Part shown: positions 23,059 through 36,900 of the stretch, one piece after another
Position numbering within the stretch: position 1 is the first letter of the stretch
Layout: every line of letters starts with the position of its first letter
Origin: Prorocentrum cordatum
Taxonomy: Eukaryota
Direction: 5' to 3'
Assembly (NCBI GenBank): GCA_963575745.1
Contig: CAUYUJ010000266.1
Span: forward strand, 62,001 to 116,071
Length of the DNA: 54,071 nt
Translations under genes and position numbers: made by a program
The notes under the pieces: generated by a model
Told to the model about the DNA's origin: nothing
Database searches by the model: none
The model's input: only the letters and a program-made list of their open reading frames with translations

Positions 23059-23715
23059 TCCTCCTCCTCCCGCCCCCTCCGTTTTCCGCCTCCTCCTTCC
23101 TGCTCCTCCACCTCCTCCGCCTCCTCCTCCTTCCCCCCCTTCCTCCTCCTCCCCTCTCCTCCCTCCTCATTCCTCCTTCCTTTCCTCTCATCTCCTCCTC
23201 CTCAGTCGAACATCCCCCCTCCCCAGCCTCCTCGAAATTCCTACTCCTCCTCCTCGACATTCCTCCTCCTCCTCCCCTTCCTCCGCCTCCTCCGCCTCCG
23301 CCTCCATCCCCTCCACCCCACGCTCTCCTTCTCCTCCTCCTCCTCCTCATCTTCCTCCTCTCCCTCCTCATCGTCATCATAATCCTCGTCCTCATCCTCC
23401 TTCTCCTCCTCCTGCCCCTCCTCCTCCTCCTCCTCCTCCTCCTCCCTCCTCCTCCTTCCTCTTCCTCATCCTCATCCTCATCCTCCTGTCCCTCCTCCTC
23501 CCCCTCCTACTCCTTCCTTCCTCAACCACTCCCCACCCCCCCTCCCCCCCCTCCTCCTCCTCCTCCCTCCTCTCCTCCTCCTCCCTTCCTCCTCCAGCCC
23601 TCCTCCTCCTCCTCCCCCCTTCCTCCTCCCCTCCTCCTCCTCCTCCTCCCTCCTCACCCTCCTACTTCCCTCCCTCCTCCCCCTCCTCCTCCCCCTCCTC
23701 CTCTTCCTACCCCTC
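23059..23715. repeat. (CCT)n polypyrimidine tract
   Basis: About 650 bp of degenerate CCT repeats. Confidence 0.95.
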
Positions 23716-26700
23716 CTGTTGGCTCCTGTTGGCTCCATAGCAGTCTGTTACCGCTGGCCAAGCCTGCAATAAAGCTGCGAAAAACAGTGCTGGGAAAAGG
23801 AAGGATAAATGGGTCGGGGAGGGGTCGCGCCGCCTTGGACGCCCAGCACAACCCATCCCAGACCAGGGGGACCGACCTCCCCACGAACTTCTTTGAACTG
23901 GGGTCGATTCCCCCTTTAAGCATCTCCAGAGATTCTTCTGCGTGCCGATTGCGCGGACCCCCGCGGCATTCCTGGTGGAGGCACGGGCGGGCCCGAGCGC
24001 CTCCAAACGCAGCGCAACGCACACACCAGGCAACCTTCCCCCCCATCAGCCACAGACGATGGCTCTTGTGGCAGGTCCGCGCAATTTCCGGCGGCCCTCC
24101 GCAGGGAAACACACAGACCGCGGCGCGAGTCTTCCCTCGCTCCCCGCAGTGGAGACACAAATATGAACCTTTCGCTATACACTCGACCGCATGGCCTCTC
24201 GGGTCTGGGACCAGCTCCAGGAGAGACGGCCTGGCCCGACGGGGCCTGCGGATTCTGGAAACGTCGGGAAAACCACGGGCCGATAAATCATCCATAATTT
24301 CCGCAATCAGCCAAGCCGACTGCCTAATCAGAGGCGCCAAACCTTTAAACTGATCACGCGTCCAAGGGTTGTGGGGTTGGGCCTCGGCACCACGACGGGC
24401 CAGCTCATCAGCCCTCTTATTGCCCCGCCATTTCCAATCTTCAACTACCAGCCTACGGGCCTGGGCCAGGGAGAGGTGAGACCTGATCTTAGTCACAGAG
24501 ATCCTATCGGGCCCTATCTCAGCAGCGAGCCTGAAAATGACCTCCCAGAGCTCCGAGAAAGCAACCTTTTCCAGATCCTGAGTAGGCCCCATCTTCCAGG
24601 TGTCCAGGACGGCCTTGCAGTCTGTGACCATCTCCATGGCCTCAGGCCCCGCGAGCCTCAAAGCCATGACCAGCGCATGCACTTCCCCGCAGCCACTGGT
24701 CTGGACAGCGTGGGGCAGCGGTCCGAACGCAGACCCAGTAACATATCCTCCCCAAGAATCCAAAGACATGGATATGACCGCCCATCCAGCTCTCGTGAAC
24801 TGAGGTAACATGGGGTCCAATCCAGACCCATCCAGACAAATTATCGGCCCCAGGTGTCCCCCAGGAGGAAACACATCCCACTTGTGACCAGCTACGGTGT
24901 GCGGCGCTGGCCACTGCCACTCTGGACTCGGGGCAAGCGCGCGTGTGACCAGCAACTGGTTAGCAGGCGTGCAATCCAATGCGAGAAGATCGCCCGCATC
25001 TAGGTCACGCCGAACAGCGGCATGAGCTGGGCAGCAGCGGAAGCGATGACTGGGCGTGCCCAGCCTTTCTCCACAAAGCTGGCAGAGGGGGTCCACAACA
25101 CGACGATCGTCATACAGAATCAGCTGGGTTGGGTAGCCTCCAGAAACAATCCAAGCGAGTCCCGTGGCTGCCGTGAACCTTTCTTCTCCCCGAAGCTTCT
25201 GAAGGACCTCGATGACGGGCTCGAGCATAGGCCCTCCTGAAAGACCTGGGACTCTGACACCATCTCCCAAACCTCTCAGCAGCATATCCCGAACGGCCTG
25301 GAGAAGAACAACCTTGAGCGACCTGTATCCCAAGACGCTCACATCTACTTCAACTCCCCGAACAGTCACAAACTTGCACCAGCTTTTTACCTGCCAACCC
25401 AGCCTTTCGATCGTGAGGACTACTGCGCCCGCGGGTCCACGGACATCTTGCCACCCTCGGGCAGGTCGGCGATAAAACGAATTGAAACACTCCTCCATGA
25501 CGCGCTGCTCTGCCCAGCGCAAGCGAGCGGCTTGTCCCCAAGCAAGGATGGGTAACGCATGCACGCCATATGATGGATCCGCCTTGGGCTCCACCGAGAG
25601 GAGAAACTTCGACGTCCTGCACCTCCCTTTTGGAGTCCCAAAGAGCGCACTCCCCAAACTGGCAGGAAGCTGGCCCAGAGCGGAGGTGGACATACCATTG
25701 ACACGGCAGCCGTAAGTGGCCGAGGGAAGGCCTCCCGTCCTAGCAACCTTGAACAAACCCTTCTTGGTACTGCTGAGCCCTCGGAGTCTGCCCCTCCGAA
25801 GCCTGATTTTATGCAGCCGTTTTTGGAGGACCTTGGATCCCTTGGCTCCTTTCTGCATCGTCTGGTCGCAGCCCAGGTTCCGCCCAGAGCTAGCGCCAGT
25901 AAAATTCCACTTCTTCAGCCTAGACACAATGGTCACCCTCGCCGCCGAGTGACTGCAACGGACGAGGCCCTTCGACCTCGAGATCACCAGTAGCAGCTTC
26001 TCGAGCTGCAGGCGCAGAAAGTACACGGCTCGGGGCGGGACGCTCTCGACATGCTTCCTACTGCCCGAGGCCTGCGCCGTGATGTCGTCTACTACATTGA
26101 ACAACTGCACACTAAAGTAAAGCTCCCTGGCGAGGTCCACGGGGCCCATGAGCATAACACGTAAAAGCGTAGTCGCGAAACCGCAGCCTGCCAGGATCCC
26201 TTGGAACGCCTGCACGGGGTTTCCAACCACACCACACACATTGATGATTCTTCTCGCACGGTAGAGCGACAGCAAAAGGCGCAGCTTCACCAAACTAAAC
26301 TTATGCTTGACGGCCGCGACGGCCAGCAGATAATGGCAAACCTTCTCGCAGGCCTTAGCGAGGTCCACGAGGCGCGAGCCTGAACAGCCGCCTGCACTGA
26401 CATGCTGCTCGACCGTCAAGCTCTGCTCCCAAACCGCTCGTTCGCAGCTCTTGCCGTCCACACCGTAAAGATAAGCACGATTATTATCGCGCTCCCAACG
26501 CTTTATCTCGCCCCGCGACAGCTTGGAGAACACACGCGTGGGTGTGGGCAGCAGAGCTATCGGGCGAAAACCTCCTTCGAGCTTCCCCAACATGGCAAGG
26601 ATGGTGATGAGGAGGGTGGTGGGGTAGGTGCCCAAGAGCTCCATATTCGGCCACAGCGCACCCAAAACCTCAAGTAGGCCATCCGAGGCCTTGTCCAGGC

Positions 26701-28708
26701 CCCGAGGCCGAAGCGCATCCACTCCAGCCGCCGTCCTTTTCGGAAACTTCCGGATGGCAACCCTGATGTCCCCCACGGACCGCTCCTCCGAACATAGCTC
26801 CTGGACCGAGACTCCCTGCTCGTCAGCCTGGGACTGGATCTGGTGCGTCAGGAACTGGATGGGATCGGGGAACTTCGAGGCCTCTGGGAGGGGCTCCCAG
26901 ATGTCACACCAGAACTTGGTAAGCCCATCGACCGTCTCTTGAGGTCCCAGCGGGGCCGAGAATTCTCCAGCCTTGACCGTGCTTGACTCAGGGGGAACCC
27001 AGCCGATCGGGCACTGTGAATACTTGCGCGCCTTGCCAGCGCCAGCAGATACAGCCTCCTGCACCCACTCTCGCCAACGCTTGCCACGCTCCGCGGTAAA
27101 CTTGCGTTCATACACTTTAGCAAAGCCTTCAGCCTCAACGCCCCAGGCCTGCAACTGCTCGAGGGAGGCGTGGAACATACTTCCAAAAGACGGGACCCAC
27201 TGCTGCCAGGACATGTCTTTGCGCAACTGCTTGGGTCCCCACTCGACCGCCTTCAGAAGCCCCATAGACTCGCCCTCACCCCATCTGAGTCCCCGTCTCT
27301 TGATGTAAACCAGCTCCGAGAAAAGCTTGGAAACGCGACGCCACCCACGACTCTCGGGACATCCGACGGGATACCGACCTCCAGACGTCCTGACAGCTGA
27401 TACTTTCACAATGGTAGGCCCCTCCGCTCTACCAAAGTACTGCTTCTGCTCCAAGACTCCGTGATAGGCCCCGAGCTCACGTTCCAGCGACTCGACGAAT
27501 AACCGATAGCACGCATCCAACGACTCACGATCCCCAACCGATCGAGCAGAGTCCAGGAGCTCCCGATAATCGAGTGGTTCTGGCATGGGTCCTATCACAC
27601 TGTCCTGCGGGAAAGCCCCCGGCTGGCGGAGCGACTGGACCAGCACGCTCAAGGGCTCGCTGCGAAACTTGACCACGACGGGCCAGTGCGGCTTCGTCGA
27701 CGCCTTCCCACTGATGGCACAAGAATGGACGCTAGCCGCCAGACCTGCAGACATCACAAAATAATCAATCGTTTTCCAGACCTTGGCGGTGGACCTACAC
27801 GTGTAGGAAGCTGGCTTCACAATCTGTCCCCCAAGACGACCAGCCCACCCCAACTCCAGGAATCTATCTGGTGATACGTTCCAGTCGCCTCCAAGGACAA
27901 ACGGTAAGCCCCAAGAATGTAACTGCTCTCCGATTCTACTCAATATTTGGCCCCCAGTGGGCCCCAATGGGTCCTGGTCGGGCAAGTAGATGGACCCAAT
28001 GATGAGCCCCCCTGGCACATACGCGTTGACCCACATCAGCTGCTGGCGATGCGGGCTCGGCAAGCGCTTGACGTCCGTCGGCGGCAAGCCCAGCCCGACG
28101 AAATCCCTGCACGCAACCGTGACACCTCCTGACAGGCCTCCAGCCTCGGTGACCTCCGACGGGTGGATCGACGCCTGCCAGCCTAGCTTCTTCAACTGAG
28201 CCTCACAATCAACACGATCCGACGGGTCGACAGTTAGTTCCTGAAGCATGACGATCTGACTCGATGCTTCCCCCTGGAGAAACTGCTTCGCCGAGGACCA
28301 AGCCGTGGTATTACAGGTTTCTAGACAGAAAAACTCTCCCTGGCTAGACCTGGACGATGTATTCTTACTCTGCCCTGGCTGGGCAGACCTAATCTTACGA
28401 ACAACTTGTGGCCCTGTAAGAGGCCTGGCACTAGGGGGAGGAGGAAGAGCTGGGGACGGCAGATCGGGGGGATGGGATGTCGGCGGGGGCGGGGGCCAAA
28501 CAAGGGACCGAAAGAAAATCCCAGGCGGCCGCGACGGACCCGCCGCCGCGTTGCCCCACCAGCAGGTGGGGCAAGGCAGGCTGCTACCCACCAGACGTTT
28601 TCCCCTGGGCCCCTCCTGCCGCCCCAGACGCGCCTGGGACGCCTCCAGCTTCCCTTCCAGCACCGCTTCCTCCTCCCTTGCTGCCAAGTGCCTCGGCGGC
28701 CCTAGCAT
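23654..28708 (-). mobile_element. Non-LTR retrotransposon ORF (1684 aa): APE endonuclease, RT, zinc finger, RNase H, C-terminal Cys/His fingers
   Basis: APE motifs: MLQEL, SGGV, GGDWN, IDYF, PHWPV. RT motifs: FRPIALLP, VDLAKA, QGILAGC, VVDD. Zinc finger: CQLC..SH..C. RNase H motifs: LDGSG, AGWAV, GEVHAL, VTDC, KIRSH, GNKRADELA. The frame is uninterrupted. Confidence 0.93.
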
Positions 28709-30628
28709 TTCAGTCCGCGGTGTGTACCCACTGTGCTGGGCCCCCCAGCAGGCCTCGAAAGTGGCGACTGGTTCGCAGATCGCAGCCCCCCAGGGATGGC
28801 GAGGTCACATTGAAATCCGCGGTGTGTACCCACTGTGCTGGGCCCCCCAACAGGCCTCGAAAGTGGCGACCGTTTCACAGATCGCAGCCCCCCAGGGATG
28901 GCGAGGTTCAATTTGAATCCGCCGTGTGTACCCACTGCGCTGGGCCCCCCAGCAGGCCTCGAAAGTGGCGACAATTTCACATATCGCAGCCCCCCAGGGA
29001 TGGCGAGGTCTAGTGTGATTCAGCCGTGGGTACCCACTGTGCTGGCCCCCCCCAGCAGGCCTCGAAAGTGGCGATTGTTTCGCAGATAGCAGCCCACCAG
29101 GGACGGCGAGGTACAATTTGAATCCGCCGTGTGTACCCACTGTGCTGGGCCCCCCAGCAGGCCTCGAAAGTGGCGACAGTTTCACAGATCGCAGCCCCCC
29201 AGGGATGGCGAGGTCAAAGTTGAATCCGCCGTGGGTACCCACTGTGCTGGGCCCCCCAGCAGGCCTCGAAAGTGGCGACAGTTTCACAGATCGCAGCCCC
29301 CCAGGGATGGCGAGGTCACATTTGAATCCGCCGTGGGTACCCACTGTGCTGGGCCCCCAGCGGCCCTCGAAAGTGGCGACAGTTTCACAAATCGCAGCCC
29401 GCCAGGGATGGCGAGGTCACATTTGAATCCGCCGTGGGTACCCACTGTGCTGGGCCCCCCAGCAGACTCGAAAGTGGCGGCGGCTTCACAGATCGCAGCC
29501 CCCCAGGGACGGCGAGGTCACAGTTGAATCCGCCGTGGGTGCCCACTGTGCTGGGCCCCCCAGCAGGCCCCGAACGTGCCTACAGTTTTACAGATCGCAG
29601 CCCCCCAAGGATGGCGAGGTCAAATTTGAATCCGCCGTGGGTGCCCACTGTGCTGGGCCCCCCAGCAGCCCTCGAACGTGGCGACAGTTTCACAGATCGC
29701 AGCCCCCCAGGGATGGCGAGGTCACATTTGAATCCGCCGTGAGTACCCACTGTGCTGGGCCCCCCAGAAGCCCTCGAAAGTGGCGACACTTTCACAGATC
29801 GCAGCCCCCCAGGGATGGCGAGGTCAACCATTTGAACCCGCCGTGGGTACCACTGGCTGGGCCCCCCACCCAGCAGGCTCGAAAGTGGCGACAGTTTCAC
29901 AGATCGCAGCCCCCCAGGGATGGCGAGGTCTATTCATCCGCGCGTGGGTAGGCTGGGCCCCCAGCAGCCTCGAAAGTTTGCGACAGTTTCACAGATCGCA
30001 GCCTCCAGGGATGGCGAGGTCACATTTGAACCCGCCGTGGGTACCCACTGTGCTGGGCCCCCCAGCAGGCCTCGAAAGTGGCGACAGTTTCACAGATCGC
30101 AGCCTCCCAGGGATGGCGAGGTCCAATTTGAATCCGCCGTGTGTACCCACTGTGCTGGGCCCCCCCAGCCCTCGAGAGTGGCGACAGTTTCACAGATCGC
30201 AGCCCCCAGGGATGGCGAGGTCATTTGAATCCGCCGTGGGTGCCCACTGTGCTGGGCCCCCCAGCAGGCCTCGAAGCAACGACAGTTTCACCGATCGCAG
30301 CCCCCCAGGGATGGCGAGGTCAAATTTGAATCCGCCGTGGGTGCCCACTGTGCTGGGCCCCCCAGCAGGCCTCGACAGTGGCGACAGTTTCACAGATCGC
30401 AGCCCCCCAGGGATGGCGAGGTCACATTTGAATCCGCCGTGGGTACCCACTGTGCTGGGGGCCCCCCAGCAGGCCTCGAAAGTGGCGACGGTTTCACATA
30501 TCGCAGCCCCCCAGCTGGCACGCAGCGACGAGCGAAGGCAGGGGGGGAGAGAGGGGCGGGGGGGGGGAAGGAAGGTTCGCGCGAGCAGTGCTCTATTCAA
30601 AACGAGAACCCAACGCAGGAGGGTTGGG
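28707..30628 (-). mobile_element. HINE-like family A element, copy 2 (left part missing; ~18 units of 102 bp)
   Basis: Same right end (TTCAAAACGAGAACCCAACGCAGGAGGGTTGGG) and same flank as at 7370. The array starts abruptly at the 5' end of the LINE. Confidence 0.78.
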
Positions 30629-31193
30629 AAGTCTAGTGGACAGCCTCACAAAAAGGAGTCCTTTGGACAGCCTCACAGAAGGATTATATGGGAAAACATA
30701 ACAAAAGGAATCCGTTGGAAAACACCATAAAAGGAATTCTAGTGGAAAGCTTCACAAAAAAAAAGAAACCAGTTGGAAAGAATCCTTTGGAAAACATCAC
30801 GGCCAGGCGTTGTGTTGTCTGGTTTTCCTGGTCTGGGGGGCTCGCAAAACCTGGCCAAGCGTAGGGGTTTCTGGTTATTATGGTTTGGGAGCCCACCGAA
30901 CCTGGCCAAGCGTTGGTTTTTCTGGTTTGTCTGGTCTGAGGGCTCACAAAACCCGGCCAGGCGTGTTTTTTTTTTGTTTGGTCTGACGGCATCAGTTCGC
31001 AAGCCCCCAACCTCCAGGCTAGGTTTCGTGGGCTCCCAAACCAGACAAGCAAAAAAACAACGCCTGGCCAAGTTTTCTAAGCTCCCAGACCAGAAAAAAA
31101 AAAACAGAACAACCAACGTCTGGCCATGTTTTCTTAGCTCCCAGACAAGAAAAACATTTTTGTTTAAAGAAAAAATGAAAAAAAAAATAAAAA

Positions 31194-32565
31194 TCCGGGC
31201 GAAGGACCCAACCATATGCAATTGTGAATAACGCTTTGTGGGTGCCGCTTTCGTTGGGGCTCCTTATGGGGCCACGAAAAGCGTGCCACGAAACGCTGTC
31301 CTGGGCGTGCGGGACGCATGAGGGCGGTAGCAGTGGGGCTTTCGGTGGAGCTCCCTATGAGGCCACGAAACGTGTGAGGGGTGTGCCGAAATGGGTGCGG
31401 CGCCGCCATGCGGACGCAGCCACTGGGGCCTTCGGTGGAGCTCCCTATGGGGCCACGAAACGTGTGAGGGGTGTGCCGAAATGGTTGCGGCGCCGCCATG
31501 CGCCCGCAGCCGCTGGGGCCTTCGGTGGAGCTCCCTATGGGGCCACGAAACGTGTGAGGGGTGTGCCGAAATGGGTGCGGCGCCGCCATGCGCCCGCAGC
31601 CACTGGGGCCTTCGGTGGAGCTCCCTATGGGGCCACGAAACGTGTGAAGGGTGTGCCGACATGGGTGCGCCGCCGCCATGCGCCCGCAGCCACTGGGGCC
31701 TTCGGTGGAGCTCCCCATGGGGCCACGAAACGTGTGAGGGGTGTGCCGAAATGGGTGCGGCGCCGCCATGCGCCCGCAGCCACTGGGGCCTTCGGTGGAG
31801 CTCCCCATGGGGCCACGAAACGTGTGAGGGGTGTGCCGACATGGGCGCGGCGCCGCCATGCGGACGCAGCCACTGGGGCCTTCGGTGGAGCTCCCTATGG
31901 GGCCACGAAACGTGTGAGGGGTGTGCCGAAATGGGTGCGGCGCCGCCATGCGCCCGCAGCCACTGGGGCCTTCGGTGGAGCTCCCTATGGGGCCACGAAG
32001 CGTGTGAGGGGTGTGCCGAAATGGGCGCGGCGCCGCCATGCGCCCGCAGCCACTGGGGCCTTCGGTGGAGCTCCCTATGGGGCCACGAAGCGTGTGAGGG
32101 GTGTGCCGAAATGGGTGCGGCGCCGCCATGCGGCCGCAGCCACTGGGGCCTTCGGTGGAGCTCCCGATGGGGCCACGAAACGTGTGAGGGGTGTGCCGAC
32201 ATGGGTGCGGCGCCGCCATGCGCCCGCAGCCACTGGGGCCTTTCGGTGGAGCTCCCTATGGGGCCACGAAACGTGTGAGGGGTGTGCCGACATGCGCGCG
32301 GCGCCGCCATGCGGACGCAGCCACTGGGGCCTTCGGTGGAGCTCCCTATGGGGCCACGAACGCGTGAGGGGTGTGCCGTGATAGTGGGAGGAGGGAAGGG
32401 GGAGGGGGGAAGAGGCGGAGGAGGAGGAAGGAAGGAGAGGAGAGGAGAGGAGAGGAGAGGAGAGGAGAGGAGAGGAGAGGAGAGGAGAGGAGAGGAGAGG
32501 AGTGGAGAGGAGACGCGGGGCACCGTCTCTTCAAAACGAGGACCCAACACCACGGGATGGTTGGG
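31194..32565 (-). mobile_element. HINE-like family B element, duplicate of 7938-9211
   Basis: CCCAACCAT / ATGGTTGGG subterminal IR, ~12-13 units of 90 bp, (GAGAG)n. Confidence 0.82.
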
Positions 32566-32820
32566 ACAAACGCCTGGCCAGGTTTTCTGAGCCCCCAGAC
32601 CAGAAAAAAACAGAAAAACCAACGCTGGGCCAAGTTTTCTGAGCTCTCAGACCAGAAAAAAAACATAAACACAACCGCCTGGCCAGGTTTTCTGAGCTCC
32701 CAGACCAGAACAACCAGAAACACCAACGCCTGGCCAAGTTTTCTGCGCCCCCAGGAGGAGGGGGAGCGGGAGCAGGAGGAGGGCGAGAGAGTGAGAGAGA
32801 TAGAGAGAGGGATACATATT

Positions 32821-32874
<54 letters not shown>

Positions 32875-32875
32875 A

Positions 32876-32916
<41 letters not shown>

Positions 32917-33999
32917 GAGAGAAAGAGAGAAAGAGAGAGAGAGAGAGAGGAGAGAGACAGCGACAGAGAGAGAGGGATAACGGAGAAAGAGTGGGGCACC
33001 GAGATTGAAGGAGGGAGAGCGAGAAAGAGTGGTTCTCTCTCACGAACAAGGATGGTCTTGGGTAAACCACCACGGCTGTGGGCAAAATTGTTACGGACCT
33101 TCCGTTTTTGGTTTTAGTTTTTTCCCACAAGAACTCCCCCCCTGGCGGCCCGTCCCGCCGGCCGCCCGAAAGGGAGCTCCAGGAGCTCAATCCCAGAGAA
33201 ATCCCCCAAGACGGCTCAAGATGGCCCCCAAAGAGGCCTCCAAGTCCGCCCAAGATGGTCCAAAATGGCCTCCAAGACGGCCCGAGAGAGTCCAAGATGC
33301 CTCCAGTTCGTCCAAGAAGCCTCCAAGACGCCAAGATCGCCCAGGAGCCTTTCAAGATGTCCCCATGACAACTCAAGAAGCCCCCAAGAGGGCCCAAGAG
33401 GGCCCCGACGGCCGAAGAGGCCTCCAAGACGCCTACGCTGCCTCGAAAACCGCCCTGACACGGCCCATGAAGGCCTGAAATCGGTTCCGGGAGGCCTCAA
33501 AGACGGTGTCGGACGGCGTCAAACGGGCCAGGAACGCTCTAAGACGACCAAAGACTCCCTCAAAGAGCCCCCGGAGGCCCCCCAAAAGGCCAAGGAGGCC
33601 TCCCGAGAAACATTCAAAAGGTCCACAGGAAGTTCCAACAAAACACCCAGAACCCAAAAGTCCCCCAAGAAACTTTCAAACATGTCCCGTTCCCCCCTGT
33701 TGTTTCCCCCCTCTCCTTTTCCGTCTCTTTTTCCCCCCAAGTGTTCCCCGAAGGTGTCGAGGCGAGACTCGGGGAATACATGGTCCGATGGTTTGGTCGA
33801 GCTCCGCCTCCAACAACGCTCAATATGCACCAAACACTGCCTCCACCGAGTAGCTCCGATTATTTCCTCATGCTATTTTCTGGTCACCGAGTAAACAATG
33901 CAGTCCGTCGCCCCACCAAGTTTGCGCAAATGCTAAATTTCAGCGCCGTCGCACAAAAAGGCCAAGGAGGCCTCCCGAGATGGCCCCAACAAGCCCAAG

Positions 34000-36900
34000 C
34001 ATCGCGGTGGAAGTCGTGCAGCGTCAGCTTGCGGCCCAGGTATTTCGTGCTTTCCTCGGCGCTGAGGATTTCGACCTTCTCGTCGTCGATGTCCACGTGT
34101 GCAATGCATCGCCCCTGTCGCCTGCTCACATTTGTGAAGATGTTCGTTCTGCCGGGGCGCAGTGTAAGTCCACACTTCGCTGCTTCGTGTTTGAGGTCCC
34201 GCAAGATACACTTGAATTGTCGTAGATTGGGTGCTAAGGGAAGTACGTCGTCAGCAAATCTCAAGTTGGTCAAGCGCGTTGCCTGGGCACTTCCCAATTG
34301 TATGCCGAAGCCCTTTCGCGCCCAAGTCGGTTTGATGTTCCGGAAGATTTGCTCGAGTAGCGCGTTGAACAAGTATGAGCTCAGCGGGTCCCCTTGCTTG
34401 ACGCCGCGCTCAATGTTGAATTGTCTGCTTCTGACGTCGGTCTTTACCGTGGCTCTTTGATCGCTGTAGAAATTTTGCAGCAAGGTGATGTAGGGTTCTG
34501 GCACATCTCGTTTCCTCAGGGCCTTCCACAAACACAGATGGTCGACGCAGTCGAAAGCCTTCTTGAAATCGGCAGCAGCCGTCCAGAGTGGGAGCTGCCA
34601 TTCGTAGGACTGCTCGCAAAGTATAGTTGCAGTGAAGAGGTGATCCTCTGTGCTTAGGCCCTTGCGGAAGCCAACTTGGTCAGGCGATTGCTGTGCGTCG
34701 AAGAGCGTGTCAAGTCGGTTGCAAAGCAGTCGGGACATGAGTTTGTGCAGTAGCGGTATGATGGCGATGGGTCTGTAGTTGCTTGGTAATTGCGGGTCTC
34801 CGGACTTATGGATTACGCTGATGGTGGTGTGTCTCCACTGTTCCGGCGGCGACTGCTCAAGTGCTATAGTGTCGTTGAAGAGCACCAACACATGGTTCAC
34901 GATCGCGTCCCCCCTGCTTGAAGCAGCTCTGCGGTGAGCCCAGCCGTGTCTTTGCACATACCGTTTTTGAGATGCTTCACCGCTTGGTGCAACTCCTCGT
35001 AGGTGAATGGTGGAATACTCCGTCGAGGTCACTTTGCTGATTCTTCTTGGGCGTCTGGGGAGCTGTTGGGCGTAGGCGAAGTAGTGCTTTCAGGGCGTCG
35101 GTGCAGCTTCTCATGGAAGTCCGCGAAGACGTCTGTAATTCCCTGTCGGTCCGTCTCGTCGGAGCCCTTTGCTGTTGTCATGGCCAGTATGAGCTCCTTC
35201 TTCTTGCTGGACTTGATCCCAGAGATCTTGTTCAGGCCGCGGAAACTAACGATGATGTCGTACAGGATTGCCTGCCGTTGAGCCCTTTTGATGTCCCGGT
35301 GCGCACGTAGAATACGTTTGCTGAGAGCTGTTCGGGTGGTTGTGTCGACGTGCGGTGTGTTTCTGCGTTGCGTAATAAGTGCGTGCAGGTGTTGCTTTGC
35401 CACGTCGTCGTTGCTAGCTGCGCGTTGTTGAAGATGTTGTTGTTGGTCTGGTTGTTGCTGGTAGTCTCTCTGGGCTGCTACTAGTGCTTTTCCGGTGTGT
35501 GCAACGGTGTCTCGGGGACCACTTGGCGGGATGATGGTAGTGAGGTGTCTCTTCAGATGGTGCTGGAAAACGGGGTCGTTCGGGGTCGGGGAGGCCCCCG
35601 GTGCACGCGAGTCTGTCGTCGTTTTCGTCGTCGCGTTCGTGGTGTCGCGTCGTCCAGTGCTAGTCGGAGGTGCACGGCTTGGTGGTCGGAGCCGAGGTCG
35701 GGGCACGTCGTTCCGAACGAATCCAGGACCAAATGCCGGGCCTGCTGATCCATCAGAATGTAATCGATATGCGTTTGCTCGTGGTTGGTGCCAGCGCTCG
35801 TGCACGTGAACACGCTGTCGAAATTCTTGTAAAACATCGTGTTTGTGATTGTGAATTTGCGCACGCACGCCCACGATCGTAGCCAGGTGCCGCGCTGGTT
35901 GTACCCGCTCTGCCCGTGGTTGCCAATAGTACGCTTCTTTGCCCTGCTAGCGCTGGAATCGTCGTCGTCGTCGCTCCGTTTACCAACTCGTGCGTTGAAG
36001 TCTCCTGTGACGATGGTCGTCCGGTGCTGTTGGTGGGCATCAGCGTGTATTTCTGCAAGTACGTCGTACATGCATTGCACGTGTTGGTCACTGTATCCTC
36101 CACGTGGGAAGTAAGCCGTGACGATTCGGAGCAGACGATGCGGAAAGTCGACGTCGATGTAGGCGACCCGCTCGTCAACTGCTTTGAAGCTTCGTATGTG
36201 TCGCGCGTGTCGTTTATGAACAAGGGATGCACCTCGCGTCGGACTGTCATGCCCAGAAACTGAGAATATGTGCGCGCCAGGCTCCGTGACCCAGAACTCT
36301 CGTTTTTCTGTCCGCCATGTTTTATTGAGTGCCACAACGTCCCATCGTGCGTCAGGAAGCTCCTGCAAGAGAAGGTCGATCGCTGTGTCGGTAGTGAAAC
36401 TCTGGGCGTTTTTGTGTATGACCGTGAAGTTCCTATCATAGTTGCTGCGTCGTGGAGTCGTGGTCGTGGTTTGTCGGGAGGCTGGTGTTGTGGTTGTCGC
36501 CGTCGGATAATGTGCGTCCAGCGTCGGCTGCTGGTGGCGACAGCGCGTTGGTCGCAAGTCCCACGGTACGTCACCTTCTGTGTGGCTGTATCGTCCTCGT
36601 CCGCCGCCGGTGCTGGATTGAGGTAGTCGCTGTTGTTGCAATTGTAGATGCTGCTCCGGCTGCGGATGTAAATTCATGCCCGAGGGTGGAGATGAGTGTG
36701 GGATGTCGGATATTGGAGGCTGCTGGTCGGAATGCTGGGTTGGAGGGGCCTGGGAGTCGACAGATGGAGGTAGACATGTGGATGGTGGGCGCTGGAGGTC
36801 GATTGGTGGAGGCGGGAGTGGGATGTCGGATGCTGGAGGCGGAGTCGCAGAAGACGAGGTCGGAGACACCCGGAACGAATGATGATGACCATGTCCATGT

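Noticed and set aside
31164..32622. Long ORFs in the 90-bp arrays (also 7616-9393 and 38024-43868)
   Set aside because: They are open on both strands and in several frames, indels shift frames freely, and the arrays lie within non-coding element ends.
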